Shown: one piece after another, positions 27,528 to 39,720 of the stretch | Layout of the letters: the number at the start of each line of letters is the position of its first letter | How positions within the stretch are numbered: the stretch's first letter is position 1 | Origin: an uncultured delta proteobacterium | GTDB lineage: Bacteria; Desulfobacterota; Syntrophia; Syntrophales; UBA2185 | Direction: 5' to 3' | NCBI GenBank assembly: GCA_963695875.1 | Contig: CAVOID010000006.1 | Location: forward strand, 1-39,956 | Length of the DNA: 39,956 nt | The notes under the pieces: generated by a model | Seen by the model: the letters and a program-made list of their open reading frames with translations, nothing else | Databases searched by the model: none | Told to the model about the DNA's origin: nothing | Translations under genes and position numbers: made by a program

Positions 27528-28769
27528 TTACGGATACTCGGTTTTCGATGTCTGTTCGCACGATCTGTCGATCAGCTGAATCGATACTTCTTCCCCTTTT
27601 TTAACGGATGTAGCATATTCCGGCAGAATAATCAGCCCGTTTGCCATTACCATAGACTTTAGTATACCTGATCCCTGCTCACCTGTAGTGCTGGCGAAGT
27701 ATCTGCCATTTTCATAGTTGACACGAGCCCTGATAAAATGCCTCGCCCCCTTCTTTTTCGTGATGTCATCTTTGAGAGTCGCCTTCACAATTCTCCGTAT
27801 AAGATTTTTGTGGCCCATCATCTTAAGTATGGATGGTCTGACGAACTGCTCAAAAGAGACCATCGATGATACGGGATTGCCGGGAAGCCCAAATACAGGA
27901 ATGCCACCCATAGAGCCAAATGCAAGGGGCTTCCCCGGTCTCATCGCAACCTGCCAGAATTTCATCTCATTTCCCACTTCGTTCATGACATCCTTGACGA
28001 GATCATAATCTCCTACTGACACGCCACCTGATGAGACAATAATATCAGCACGCAGGGCTGCTGTGAATTTTGAAACAAGATCGTCCCTATTGTCTTTCGC
28101 TATACCGATCTGAAGAGAAATAGCTCCGCAGTCAATGATCTGTGCGGCAATGGAATAACTGTTACTACTGATGATCTGCCACGAGGTTGGATTTTCATCA
28201 ATGTCAACCAGTTCATCACCAGTCGCCACTACAGCGATTAAAGGTCTCTGGTATACACTGACAAAGGAACGTCCGAGTGCAGCCAGCATACCGATTTCCG
28301 CAGGCCTGATAACATCTCCCTGAGATATTACAAGTTCTCCCTCTGTGACATCTTCTCCTGCATGCCTGATATCCTGCCCTTCTTTAGCCTTAACAAATAC
28401 CTTAACTCTCTGCCCGTCCTTCTCTGTGTCTTCCACCCTCACAATTGCGTTGGCTCCATCCGGTATAGGAGCGCCGGTCATTATTCTGGATGATTCGCCA
28501 GAGGCGATATTCTTTCGGGGAATTGTTCCAGCAGGTATATCTTCTATAACTTTGAGAATAACAGGCCTACTTATTGAAGCGCCACGTGTGTCCTCCCAAC
28601 GTACCGCATACCCATCCATCGCTGAGTTATCCTTGGGCGGGATATTTCGATTTGCATATATATCTTCACCGATAACTCTTCCAATGGAATCCAGAATGCT
28701 GACCTTTTCCCGACCCAAGGGAACAATTACTTCAAGAATCTGGTTCAAAGCATCTTCAACACTGATCAT
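27528..28769 (-). CDS. moeA: Molybdopterin molybdenumtransferase
   Basis: SAMDGYAV, IMTGAPIP, TGDEL, SGGVSVGDYD, RPGKP, LPGNPVS. Confidence 0.95.
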   Translation of the reverse strand: MISVEDALNQILEVIVPLGREKVSILDSIGRVIGEDIYANRNIPPKDNSAMDGYAVRWEDTRGASISRPVILKVIEDIPAGTIPRKNIASGESSRIMTGAPIPDGANAIVRVEDTEKDGQRVKVFVKAKEGQDIRHAGEDVTEGELVISQGDVIRPAEIGMLAALGRSFVSVYQRPLIAVVATGDELVDIDENPTSWQIISSNSYSIAAQIIDCGAISLQIGIAKDNRDDLVSKFTAALRADIIVSSGGVSVGDYDLVKDVMNEVGNEMKFWQVAMRPGKPLAFGSMGGIPVFGLPGNPVSSMVSFEQFVRPSILKMMGHKNLIRRIVKATLKDDITKKKGARHFIRARVNYENGRYFASTTGEQGSGILKSMVMANGLIILPEYATSVKKGEEVSIQLIDRSCEQTSKTEYP

Positions 28770-29023
28770 GGTCTGACATTTCGGTGCACTTTTTTAAAAT
28801 AGCTATCCCAAATGTCTTCCCTTGTCAATAAATAAGGTAAGCATCTTTCTCCTTGAATAAAAGTTGCGTATAATATAGGTGAAATTTTTTAAACCACTGA
28901 GAACTTCAATACCAGCCAGAAAGCTCCCGAGAGGGTGCTTGCTATTTTGTGAATGGATGCATATTATTATAAAGTTTTGATCCCACAGTTTCTCCCATTA
29001 GGAAAAGAGAAATATAGAGCTTT

Positions 29024-32000
29024 GTGTACGTGAGAAAAATTATTAATAAAGGAAAAAATCAGGATAGTCACCCCTTTATAGCCTTGTTTGATGGGATAAT
29101 GCGGGGAGAGAAAAAAGTAACTGTCAGCGGTCTTCAAGGTTCAGCAAAGTCATTTCTCCTTTCATTAATCTCCAGGCGCATAAACAAGACATTGATCATA
29201 CTCACTCCAACAGAGAAGGAAGCTAAGGATATCCAACAAGATATTACTTTTTTCCTTGATGGTGAAAATAAGGCCCTCATCTACCCGCCCTGGGATTTCT
29301 TTTCAACAGATATGTTTACTTTCCAGCAGGATGTGGAATTGTCACGAATGGAGGTCCTCAGCCGCATGCTTATCGGAAAACCTCCTGTTGTGGTTGTTCC
29401 CCTGAAGGCCATGATGCAAAAGGTAATACCGAGAAAGGTCCTTGATGCTTATATCGAAACCATCTCCATCGGGGATGTCATAGACAGGGATGATCTGGTT
29501 CAAAAATTATCCGCAGGGGGTTACCGCAGGGTCACACTCGTAGATGAAAAGGGCCAATTCAGTTTAAGGGGACATGTGATAGACGTTTTCCCCCCCATCT
29601 CCACAAAACCTGTCCGGATGGAGTTCGTCGGGGACGAACTGGAGTCAATCCGGGAGTTCGATCCCGCATCCCAGAGATCCACAGGTGAATTGATTGATTT
29701 TACACTGACCCCTACCAGGGATGTGATCCTTTCTGAAGACAGAAGACACCAAGCCATAGAGAACATAAAGTATAGGGCCCTCGAACAGGACCTCCCCCGG
29801 ATGACCAGAACGCGCCTTACAGAGATGATAGAAAATGATCTTATCTCATCGATAAATCCCATGTTCCTGTCTCTGTTTTACGAATCGTTTAATAGGTTGT
29901 CCTCCGAACATCCTTCAAAAGCAGAGAAAAATGATTTACAGCATGCCTTGGGAACGATTATTTGATTATATGCCTGAGAACTGCATACTCATTTTGGACG
30001 ATTTTCCAGCTATTGAGAAGGCTGAAGAGGATGCTGAAAACGACATCGATCGCTTTTTACTGAAAGCCCGTAATGAGGAAAAATTCTATTTAGAAAAGGA
30101 TTCCTATTATTTATCAAAGGAAACCTTTCTTAAGCAATGCAATTATTTCCCGAAAGTATTTTTGGAAGGTCTACATATCGATAGGGAGACTCCCGATGAA
30201 GATAATTCTTTCGTTATACACATAAACATTCAAACGGATTCAAATGTGATCCCGAATCCGACATTGCAGAAATTGGGAGATGGTGACGGATTGCTTAAAC
30301 CTGTAGCTGAGAAAATCAAGGAGTGGCTTCAGGAAGGGAATCTGGTGACTTTTTTAGGGACAGGACAGGAAGAGGTGGAGCGCTTAAGCCACCTCCTGGA
30401 ACAATATAGCCTTCCTGTAAGCAGGGCGAATAGCCTTTTTTCCGCCGATGTTGAACAACATGGCGGCAAAGGGCGACTGGTGGTAAGAGAAGGTAAAATA
30501 ACAGGAGGATTCCATCTGCCCGATTTGAAACTGGTTGTGATCACCGAGGAGGAAATCTTCGGCAGGAAGGTAACCAGAAGGCGAACGAGACATATCAGGG
30601 AGGGGTTCTTTCTGAAATCGTTCGGTGATTTGAAGGAAGGAGATTATGCAGTCCATACTGACCACGGTATCGGGGTGTATCGAGGGCTTAAGAAACTCAC
30701 CATCGGCGGAAGTGAGAACGATTTTCTCCTTCTTGAATATCTGGATGGCGATAAACTTTACATACCGATAGATCGTCTTGATCAGATCCAGAGATATATC
30801 GGCCCGGAAGGCTTCGCACCTAGAATTGACAAGCTGGGTGGCTCTTCATGGGAGGCGGTAAAGGAGAAGGTCAAAAAGTCCGTCCGTGAAGTCGCCGAGG
30901 AGCTGGTTTCCATTTACGCAGCCAGGGAGGTGATGGATGGATATTCATTTTCCCCGCCTGACATTGCTTATGATGAATTTTGCTCCACCTTCGAATATGA
31001 GGAAACGCCTGATCAATCCAGGTCCATCGAGGATGTCCTTCTTGATATGGGCAATGACAAGCCCATGGATAGGCTGGTCTGTGGCGATGCGGGATTCGGT
31101 AAAACAGAAGTTGCCCTGAGGGCATCTTTCAGAGCGGCAATGGATGGGAAGCAGGTCGCCATCCTTGTCCCCACAACAATTTTGGCTGAACAGCACTTTC
31201 AAACATTTTCGCGGGAGATTGAATGACTATCCTGTCCGCGTGGAAGTTTTGAATCGATTAAAGACAAAGGCGGAACAGAAAAAAATTGTAGAGGAAGTAA
31301 ATAAAGGGATTGTTGACATCGTGATCGGGACCCATCGGCTATTGCAGACTGATATCAAGTTCAAGGATTTGGGACTTGTGATCATAGATGAGGAACAGCG
31401 TTTCGGAGTCACCCACAAGGAAAAACTCAAGAAGATAAGAACCCTCGTTGATGTTCTTACCCTGACGGCAACACCCATACCGAGGACTTTGCACCTGTCG
31501 CTTGTCGGCATCCGCGACTTATCCATCATTAATACCCCCCCTGAGGACAGACTTCCTATCAAAACATACGTGTTTGAATTTAATGAAGACATAATACGAG
31601 ATGCGATTCGGCAGGAACTAGGCAGAGGCGGTCAGGTTTTTTTTCTTCATGACCGCGTGCATTCCATATACACCGTGGCGCGGTTCGTCGAAAAACTCGT
31701 TCCGGAAGCGAGTGTCGGAATTGTTCATGGCCGCATGAAGGGCAAAGATATTGAGGATGCCATGGCAAAATTTATCCGGGGAGATTATAATGTTTTAGTT
31801 TGCACATCAATAATAGCATCCGGCTTGGACATTCCTGCAGCCAACACCATAATTATCAACCGGGCAGATCGTTTCGGACTTGCTCAATTGTACCAGATCA
31901 GAGGGAGAGTCGGAAGATCTAAAGAGGAGGCTAATGCCTACCTTCTGGTACCCAAAGGGTCAATGTTATCGCAGGATACCCAGAGGCGACTGCGTGTCAT

Positions 32001-32625
32001 AATGGATTTTTCTGAACCCGGTTCGGGGTTCAGAATAGCATCCAATGATCTGGAAATAAGAGGAGCAGGCAATATTCTTGGAACATCACAATCCGGACAG
32101 ATTGCGGCCGTGGGGTACGAATTGTATACTGAATTGATGGAAAGAACGATCAGAGAAATCAAAGGAGAAAAAGTGCCCGAAGATGAGGCAAAACCAGAAA
32201 TCCATTTAGGCTTACCGGCGTTCATCCCTGAGGACTACATGCCTGATGTACACCGCAGGCTGGTAACATACAAAAGATTATCCATAGCTTCTACAGATGA
32301 AGATCTGTCTCAGATAAGAGAAGAAATTATGGATTGTTATGGATTCATCCCCTCCGAGGTTGAGAACCTCTTTGAGGTCATAAGCGTAAGGAATATGCTT
32401 AAGGTTATCAGAGGAAAAAAGATGGGATACGATGGGCAATACTTGTTTATCGACTTTCACAGGGACAGCCCTGTGAATCCGTCAAAAATCGTCGAACTAT
32501 CTCGAAAAAAAGTCAAGGGAGTGAAGCTTACACCTGATTTCAAGCTTTCTTGCTTCATGCCCGATCTCAGGACAAATGAGATCACCAGACAGTCGAAGGA
32601 GCTGATCCAGAAGCTAATTAATTGA
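29024..32625 (+). CDS. mfd: Transcription-repair coupling factor (two apparent frameshifts)
   Basis: UvrB-like N-terminus; VHTDHGIGVY RID; GDAGFGKTE, DEEQRFG, TATPIPRT, QIRGRVGR; joined near 29951 and 31214. Confidence 0.95.
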
Positions 32626-32659
32626 TGAAATATTTATTGAGAAGTGCCTGTGCCAGGAC

Positions 32660-32879
32660 ATGATCTTGAATAGGTTGAAGATAGGAGAGGATTTTGGTAA
32701 GGTTGCACGGGAGGAGTCTATCGGCCCCGAGGGGGTTAGATGAAATGACTGATTTGAGAAAGCAAAAAGAAGAGCAGGCATATGTACTATGGCTTGAGAC
32801 ATTAAGGTCAAGAGCAATCATAAAGATTGACCGGAATCTTCTGAAAAAAGGAGTGATTCCGCTAGATCATGAAAACTGA
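32660..32879 (+). pseudogene. Internally deleted parvulin-type PPIase remnant
   Basis: ILNRLKIGEDFGKVAREESIGPEG abutting DLRKQKEEQAYVLWLETLRSRAIIKID in another frame. Confidence 0.65.
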
Positions 32880-32894
32880 TAATGAGGTATAACA

Positions 32895-33866
32895 TTGAGA
32901 ATATTAAGATTATGTATATGCGTTATTGCAGGAGGGATATTCTTGTCCGTTTCGGCGTATGCCGAAATAATGGAAAGAATTGTTGCTGTTGTAAATGGTG
33001 ATATAATAACTCTGTCAGAATTGAGTGGTGCCTTCGAACCCTACAAAAAAAATATTGAGGAATCATACAAAGCCGCGGACAAGGAGAAGGTCATAGCGGA
33101 AGCCAGGCTGTCCATGTTGAACAAATTGATCGACAACGTCATAATTGATCAGGAAACGAAAAAATCAGGAATAGTAATCAATGACGATGAAGTGACGACA
33201 ACAATCAATGATGCTCTATCCAAACGAAAAATGAAAATGGACGACCTGATTAATGAACTTGCCAAAGAGAACTCCTCTATCGAAGCATACAAGAAAGAAT
33301 TAAAGGATCACCTTCTGAGGATGAAATTCCTCAGACGCGAAATAAAGTCCAGGCTTGCAGTGAGTGAAGAAGAAATAGGTGATTATTACACCAAACACCG
33401 GGAAGCCTATGAAGGCAAGGAAGCCGTCAGGATCAGGCAGATACTCATCCTGTTTCCCAAGAATTCCAATCAGAATATCAAAGCAAAGCTCAGGGAAGAA
33501 ATGAATGCGATCCATAAGCGTCTGCAAAATGGAGAACCATTTGATGCACTTGCCGCACAGTATTCCCAGGAACCTGCCGCTGCAGCCGGTGGTGACATTG
33601 GTTATATTGAAAAAGGATCTATGCTTCCTGTTGTAGATAGTGTGGCCTTTAGCTTAAAAAAAGATGAGATTAGCGAGGTAATCGAATCCCCTTTAGGTTT
33701 CCATATAATCAAAGTTGTCGATAAAAGAGGGGCTGGTATAAAACCTATCGCATCCGTTCGCGAAGAAATCAAAACTAAAATCGAGCAAGAAAAGATGGAC
33801 AAGAAGTACGAAGAGTGGATTAAAGATTTGAGAAGTAAAGCCATCATTGAAATTAGACTTCAATAA
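32895..33866 (+). CDS. surA: SurA-like periplasmic peptidyl-prolyl isomerase/chaperone
   Basis: Signal peptide; [25 protein letters not shown]...GGDIG...GFHIIKV. Confidence 0.85.
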   Translation: MRILRLCICVIAGGIFLSVSAYAEIMERIVAVVNGDIITLSELSGAFEPYKKNIEESYKAADKEKVIAEARLSMLNKLIDNVIIDQETKKSGIVINDDEVTTTINDALSKRKMKMDDLINELAKENSSIEAYKKELKDHLLRMKFLRREIKSRLAVSEEEIGDYYTKHREAYEGKEAVRIRQILILFPKNSNQNIKAKLREEMNAIHKRLQNGEPFDALAAQYSQEPAAAAGGDIGYIEKGSMLPVVDSVAFSLKKDEISEVIESPLGFHIIKVVDKRGAGIKPIASVREEIKTKIEQEKMDKKYEEWIKDLRSKAIIEIRLQ

Positions 33867-33927
33867 AAAATTCGTCACTTTATTGAGTCACCTCTTGCAA
33901 GATTTTTCCAAAGGACTCTATCAGATA

Positions 33928-36738
33928 ATGAACTTCATAAGGATCAAGGGAGCATCACAGCACAATCTAAAAAATATCAGTATCGATATCCCTCGGGATA
34001 AGCTGGTTATTATAACCGGGGTCAGCGGATCAGGTAAGTCTTCCCTCGCATTTGATACCATTTATGCAGAAGGACAGAGGCGCTATGTGGAATCCCTTTC
34101 CACCTATGCCAGGCAATTTATCGGTCAGATGGACAAGCCGGACGTTGAATTCATTGAAGGTCTGTCCCCGGCAATTGCCATTGAACAGCGGACGGCGAGC
34201 CAGAATCCCCGTTCAACAGTAGGAACAGTCACTGAGATCTATGACTACCTCCGACTCCTTTTTGCCAGAATTGGTGTTCCTCACTGCTATCAATGCGGAA
34301 GAGAGATTAAATCTCAGACTATCGATATGATGGTTGATAGTATCCTTGCCCTTCCCGAAAAGAACAAAATCAGCATCCTCTCCCCTATCGCCAGAGGCAA
34401 AAAAGGGGAATTCCAAAAAGAGTTGAAGAAATTACAAAGGGAAGGCTTCGTCCGGGTCCGTATTGATGGAGAGCTGCGTGAACTCGGCGATGATATAGAT
34501 TTAGATAAAAATAAACGCCACAACATCGATGTCGTGGTTGACCGGCTGTTTATAAAAGAAGGTATTAGAAGGCGCCTCAGGGATTCACTGGAAATTGCCG
34601 CACACCTTTCCGATGGACTCGTTCGCGTCGATATCACGGGGGGTGAAGAAGTTCTTTTCAGTGAGAAGTACGCCTGTCCTGAATGCGGCGTCAGCATGTC
34701 GGAACTGGCTCCCCGAAATTTTTCCTTTAACAGCCCCTATGGCGCCTGCCCTGACTGTGGCGGTCTTGGAACCAGAATGTTCTTCGATGAAAATCTGGTT
34801 GTTCCTGATAGGGAACTTTCAATTCGTGAAGGGGCCATTGCCCCCTGGGCAGGTCGGAGTTCCACTTATCATTTCCAGATGCTCGATGCCCTGTCACAGC
34901 ATTATCATTTTGATGTCAATTGCCCCTTCAACAAATTGCCGAGGGAGATCCAGAAAGTTCTCCTGTACGGATCGGGAGACGAGATGATCAGATTCTATCT
35001 TGACAGGGGCGGCAGGCGTTTTTTCTACAGCAGGCCCTTTGAGGGTCTTCTTAACCAGCTTGACCGGCGTTACAAAGAAACCAACTCGAATGCCGTGAGA
35101 ATGGACCTGGCACAGTATATTAACCTGCAGGAGTGCCCGACCTGCCACGGATCGCGGTTAAAGAAAGAAAGCCTGTCCGTTACTGTGGGTGATAAGAATA
35201 TCTATGATATGTGCAGGCTCTCAATCAAAGAGTGTCTGCAGTTTTTTGAACTATTACCGTTGTCACGTCAGGAAGCCCTTGTGTCCGAAAGAATTCTCAA
35301 AGAAATCAAAGAGAGGCTAAAATTCCTCATGGATGTAGGAATGGATTACCTCAGCATGGACCGTTCATCTGGCAGCCTTTCGGGCGGCGAGGGTCAGCGC
35401 ATCAGACTGGCAACCCAGATAGGATCGGGACTTGTCGGTGTTCTTTATGTTCTGGATGAACCGACAATCGGACTCCATCAGAGGGATAACGTGAGACTCA
35501 TTTCCACGCTCAAGCGCCTGCGGGATATGGGAAACACGGTCCTGGTTGTGGAACATGATGCAGCTATGATGATGTCTTCCGATTATATCATCGACATGGG
35601 GCCTGGTGCAGGATTTGATGGCGGTGAAGTCGTTTTCCAGGGAACTCCGGAAGAGATCTGTAGAAACGATAAATCACTAACCGGGATGTATCTTTCAGGA
35701 AAACTGTCCATACCCGTTCCTGAAAAACGTAGATCATCAACTAACGGGTTTATCATACTGCAGGGCGCCTCCGAACACAATCTTCAGAACATAGACATCG
35801 AGATTCCTGTGGGCCTCCTTACAGCTGTAACGGGCGTTTCCGGTTCCGGGAAAAGCACCATGGTCATTGAAACCCTGTACAAAGCCCTTGCCCGGAGACT
35901 TAACCACTATAAGGGCGGCATGGGCAAGGTTAAGCGGATTGCAGACCTGGGAGGCATCGAAAGGGTCATTATGATGAACCAGCAGCCCATAGGACGCACT
36001 CCCCGTTCAAATCCGGTAACGTATACAGGTGTCTTTTCCCATATCCGAGATCTTTTCACCGGCCTTCCTGAATCGAGGATTAGAGGCTATAAACCGGGCC
36101 GTTTCAGTTTTAACGTCAAGGGAGGCCGGTGTGAGGCCTGTGAGGGAAATGGCTTAATTAAAATCGAGATGCATTTTCTCCCCGACGTTTACGTGACGTG
36201 TGATGTGTGTCGCGGGAAGAGATTTAATATAGATACGCTTGAAATCAAATACAAAGACAAGAACATTGCGGATGTACTCGATATGTCAGTTAACCAGGCC
36301 CTGTCTTTCTTCGATAATATTCCGGCTATAAGACACAAACTTCAACTCTTGTTCGATGTCGGGTTGGGTTACATCAGGCTGGGTCAATCGGCAACAACAC
36401 TATCAGGAGGAGAAGCTCAGCGCATCAAATTATCAAGAGAACTGGGAAAACGGATGAACAGAAACACTCTCTATATCCTTGATGAGCCAACCATAGGTCT
36501 CCACTCAGCTGATATTCAGAAATTGCTGGATGTTCTCCTGAGGCTGGTTGATATGGGCAACACCGTAGTAGTTATAGAACACAACCTGGATGTCATTAAA
36601 TGTGCCGACTATATCATTGACCTCGGCCCTGAAGGAGGTCCCGGCGGAGGTCGAATAGTCGCATCAGGCACCCCTGAAAAGGTTGCTCACGCAGACGGGT
36701 CTTTTACGGGTCAATTCCTGAGAAAAGTATTGCATTAA
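33928..36738 (+). CDS. uvrA: Excinuclease ABC subunit A
   Basis: [20 protein letters not shown], two LSGGE signatures, Zn fingers. Confidence 0.97.
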   Translation: MNFIRIKGASQHNLKNISIDIPRDKLVIITGVSGSGKSSLAFDTIYAEGQRRYVESLSTYARQFIGQMDKPDVEFIEGLSPAIAIEQRTASQNPRSTVGTVTEIYDYLRLLFARIGVPHCYQCGREIKSQTIDMMVDSILALPEKNKISILSPIARGKKGEFQKELKKLQREGFVRVRIDGELRELGDDIDLDKNKRHNIDVVVDRLFIKEGIRRRLRDSLEIAAHLSDGLVRVDITGGEEVLFSEKYACPECGVSMSELAPRNFSFNSPYGACPDCGGLGTRMFFDENLVVPDRELSIREGAIAPWAGRSSTYHFQMLDALSQHYHFDVNCPFNKLPREIQKVLLYGSGDEMIRFYLDRGGRRFFYSRPFEGLLNQLDRRYKETNSNAVRMDLAQYINLQECPTCHGSRLKKESLSVTVGDKNIYDMCRLSIKECLQFFELLPLSRQEALVSERILKEIKERLKFLMDVGMDYLSMDRSSGSLSGGEGQRIRLATQIGSGLVGVLYVLDEPTIGLHQRDNVRLISTLKRLRDMGNTVLVVEHDAAMMMSSDYIIDMGPGAGFDGGEVVFQGTPEEICRNDKSLTGMYLSGKLSIPVPEKRRSSTNGFIILQGASEHNLQNIDIEIPVGLLTAVTGVSGSGKSTMVIETLYKALARRLNHYKGGMGKVKRIADLGGIERVIMMNQQPIGRTPRSNPVTYTGVFSHIRDLFTGLPESRIRGYKPGRFSFNVKGGRCEACEGNGLIKIEMHFLPDVYVTCDVCRGKRFNIDTLEIKYKDKNIADVLDMSVNQALSFFDNIPAIRHKLQLLFDVGLGYIRLGQSATTLSGGEAQRIKLSRELGKRMNRNTLYILDEPTIGLHSADIQKLLDVLLRLVDMGNTVVVIEHNLDVIKCADYIIDLGPEGGPGGGRIVASGTPEKVAHADGSFTGQFLRKVLH

Positions 36739-37018
36739 TATTCTCGTCAAGACTCTTGAGTGTCTCACAGACACACTGTGCATGAGTGAGAAAAAAATTA
36801 TCGGACCTGCTTTAACAAAACATAAAATTAAAACTTGGCCTGACCAGTCCATATCAAGCGCGTCATTAACTCTTCCCTGAATGCAATAGTCAATGCCAAA
36901 GACAGGATATCCAAACCTCAAATATAAATCTTCGATACCTGTCGCCGGATCAATCCATTGGTTACGAATAGAAATGCAACTGCCAGGAAGCCCGCCTGAA
37001 ATGCATGATACAGAGGAA

Positions 37019-37384
37019 TCAAGAGTCGGGCAGGGACGAACGAAATTGCTTTTTTATGGCTCTCTTAATTTGGCCAATATTGAAGGGTTTGGTGAAGCAG
37101 ATATCGGCGCCTTCATTCTTAAGCTTTTTCAGAGAGTCAGGGTAGCCGCTTATACCGATAATATACATATTAGGAAAATGCGACTTTATGAATTTGCATA
37201 CTTCTGGGCCGTTCATTCTAGGCATTATGGCATCTATGATAGCAACGTCGTATGAATTGCTCTGAAGCCGCTCAACAGCCTCGATCCCGTCACGCGCCTC
37301 ATCCACTTCATGGCCGGATTGCTTCAGCTCGAAAGATAGAGTATTCACAACAGTCGGGTCGTCATCCACGACCAGCAGTCTCAT
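37019..37384 (-). CDS. Single-domain response regulator
   Basis: VVDDD, IDAIMPRMNG, ISG, TKPF. Confidence 0.9.
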   Translation of the reverse strand: MRLLVVDDDPTVVNTLSFELKQSGHEVDEARDGIEAVERLQSNSYDVAIIDAIMPRMNGPEVCKFIKSHFPNMYIIGISGYPDSLKKLKNEGADICFTKPFNIGQIKRAIKKQFRSSLPDS

Positions 37385-37657
37385 TTCAGGTCTCCTCAGC
37401 TTATTAATATGATATATATCATATATAACGCCAAAAAAAAAGAGGGTCTTATTAAATTTGCTAACATTTTAGTTTAAAGATTGGGAGGAAGTCTATATGT
37501 CCCGATCCTTTATCGTCTTTATGATTTTTGTAATACCAGAATCGGGAACTCAGGTATACCTATCCTTGCTAAACCTTAATGGTAAGATGATGCAAGGATC
37601 AATTCGACTATGTCCCTTTTCTATGGATTTGCTTGGAAAAGGCCAAACCTCCTTGAA

Positions 37658-38428
37658 TTAGACATTAACAACCATAAGATCGCTGGCAAGGAGGAGGGGG
37701 CCATCATAAGTCTTCCGGCATTCGGCCTCAACATCAACGGTGTCGCATTCCGGATAAAAATGTGTCAGCATCAGTCTTTTTACCTTTGCTTCTGTTGCAA
37801 TTCTTCCGGCCAGTGATGGCGTAAGATGCCCCTCCACTCTCATTGCATCCGGAAGAGCCGATTCACAGATGAAGAGGTCTGCATACCTGGCAAGAGCAAT
37901 TGCGTTTTCACAAAAGTCCGTATCACCGGTATATGTGACGGAAGTCCCATCCGTCGCTGTGACCCGGTAGCCTATACTGCTTTCGATATGCGCCATAGGC
38001 AATGTATCCACCGAAAATATGTCATCCACGAACTGATCCTGCTCGCAGTTGTTGAGATCGAGGATGTTCATAAGACCCGGTTCCAACTCTATCCAGTTCC
38101 CGTAAACCTTACGAAGCCCATTGTAAAAACCCTGAAGCCCTTTTGCCCCGATCACACTAAAGGAACTGCGGCGGCGGTATGACTGGGGATATTTGCTAGC
38201 AAAGAGAAAGGAGACGAATTCCCCGGTATGGTCGGGGTGAAAGTGGGAGAAAAAGAGGTGAGTAACCTGTGAGATTGTAATCCCTGCTTCCAACAATCTC
38301 CTGATTGTGCCGACACCCAGATCAAACAAGAGCGACCTGTCGCTTATCTGAAGGATAAAGGAACAAGAACTTCGCTTCAGGGAGGGAACACAGGTTCCCG
38401 ATCCTAAGATAGTCACTTTTATGCTCAT
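37658..38428 (-). CDS. MBL-fold hydrolase, RNase Z-like
   Basis: ILGSGT, SHFHPDH, TGDT, GHLT, LTHFYP. Confidence 0.88.
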   Translation of the reverse strand: MSIKVTILGSGTCVPSLKRSSCSFILQISDRSLLFDLGVGTIRRLLEAGITISQVTHLFFSHFHPDHTGEFVSFLFASKYPQSYRRRSSFSVIGAKGLQGFYNGLRKVYGNWIELEPGLMNILDLNNCEQDQFVDDIFSVDTLPMAHIESSIGYRVTATDGTSVTYTGDTDFCENAIALARYADLFICESALPDAMRVEGHLTPSLAGRIATEAKVKRLMLTHFYPECDTVDVEAECRKTYDGPLLLASDLMVVNV

Positions 38429-38448
38429 GATTCCATCACATAAAAAAT

Positions 38449-38856
38449 CTATTTCACCGATTCAAGCGGTGTCAGCCTTACAATGACTTGTCTTGTCCGT
38501 GGGCCGTCAAATTCGCAGAAAAAAACAGATTGCCATGTACCTAAAACCAGATCTCCATCTTCTATAAACACCGTTTCCGATGCACCAATAATGGAAGCTT
38601 TGATGTGGGCCGCTGAATTCCCCTCCGTGTGCCGGTAGTGATCATTGAGCGGAACAATTTTATCCAGTTCCATCAGGATATCCCGCGGCACATCCGGATC
38701 GGCGTTCTCATTGATGGTAATAGCTGCAGTGGTGTGGGGAACAAATACATGGCAAATGCCGCTTTTGATCCTGCTTTCCTTCAGCAGGGCTCTTATACGG
38801 CCAGTGATGTCGATCATCTCGGCCCTGGCATTGGTTCGAACTGTAAACTTTTTCAT
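38449..38856 (-). CDS. yjbQ: YjbQ/UPF0047 family protein
   Basis: PHTTAAITINENADPDV, HTEGNSAAHIK, LGTWQ...EFDGPR. Confidence 0.92.
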   Translation of the reverse strand: MKKFTVRTNARAEMIDITGRIRALLKESRIKSGICHVFVPHTTAAITINENADPDVPRDILMELDKIVPLNDHYRHTEGNSAAHIKASIIGASETVFIEDGDLVLGTWQSVFFCEFDGPRTRQVIVRLTPLESVK

Positions 38857-38896
38857 GGTTTCACTCTCCCTAAGCTCCAAGTGACAGGCAATTCAC

Positions 38897-38982
38897 GTCA
38901 TTCCCACTCTGAGCCAAATCCCTGCATTGCACAAAGGGAAGCAATAACAAATCCTAAGGGTTCTCCCTCCATTCGAAATGAC
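38897..38982. repeat. Degenerate GTCATT...AATGAC palindromic element
   Basis: GTCATTCC ... GAAATGAC termini, length similar to the 10376 element. Confidence 0.4.
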
Positions 38983-39011
38983 AAGGATGGTATCATCTTG
39001 GAGTTCTTATG

Positions 39012-39683
39012 TCACAGATTGGCAAAGGCCTTTTTAGCTTCCACGACAAATGCCCTGACAAGACTGGCATCTTTCCTGCCATCAGTCCCCTCTACACCTG
39101 TATGGGCATCTACACCGGCTGGACGAACACGGGCGATGGCTCTTCGGACATTTTCCGCTTTAAGACCTCCAGCCAGCATAACCGGTCTGGGCGATATGTC
39201 GACAAGCCTGCGGCTCATATCCCAATCATGGGTCTTGCCGGTCGCCCCGCATGCACCCGTCACTGGATCGTATGTATCTGTTATGAATGCATCAACGTAA
39301 GGACTAGATGCGGAAACGGATAATTCGAGCTCTGCCAGGTTATGATCTCTCACGATGAGACTCTTAATAACGATGATATCGGGGGCAAGCGACTTCAGTC
39401 TGATAAGTTCTGTAACAGATATATCGCCATGCAACTGTACCTTGCCAGTTCCAATGCGCTTGCAGATATCCAGAATCTTTGCCGCCTCATTTAAATAAGT
39501 AATCAATACGGCGGAAGCAGATTGCTTTAGCGATCGTATAATCTTTACGGCATCTTCTTCCGTGATGTCTTCTTTATGAAAGCAAAGCCCAAAAGGAAAC
39601 CCGAGTTGATGAACACCCGCATTGATTAGCATATCAGCTTCTTCCTGATCAATGATACCGGCTATCTGAATAATTCCAGGCAT
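39012..39683 (-). CDS. trpF: Phosphoribosylanthranilate isomerase-family protein (outside the trp operon)
   Basis: QIAGI, VQLHG, GATGKTHDW, LAGGL, GVDAHTGVE...KD. Confidence 0.8.
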   Translation of the reverse strand: MPGIIQIAGIIDQEEADMLINAGVHQLGFPFGLCFHKEDITEEDAVKIIRSLKQSASAVLITYLNEAAKILDICKRIGTGKVQLHGDISVTELIRLKSLAPDIIVIKSLIVRDHNLAELELSVSASSPYVDAFITDTYDPVTGACGATGKTHDWDMSRRLVDISPRPVMLAGGLKAENVRRAIARVRPAGVDAHTGVEGTDGRKDASLVRAFVVEAKKAFANL

Positions 39684-39720
39684 GAGTAGTTTTTGGAGCG
39701 TGACGCTGAAGCTAACGCAC

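Noticed and set aside
17208..32625. Programmed frameshifting or true pseudogenisation of ftsY and mfd
   Set aside because: No slippery heptamers; a uniform +1 insertion pattern across unrelated genes fits read error
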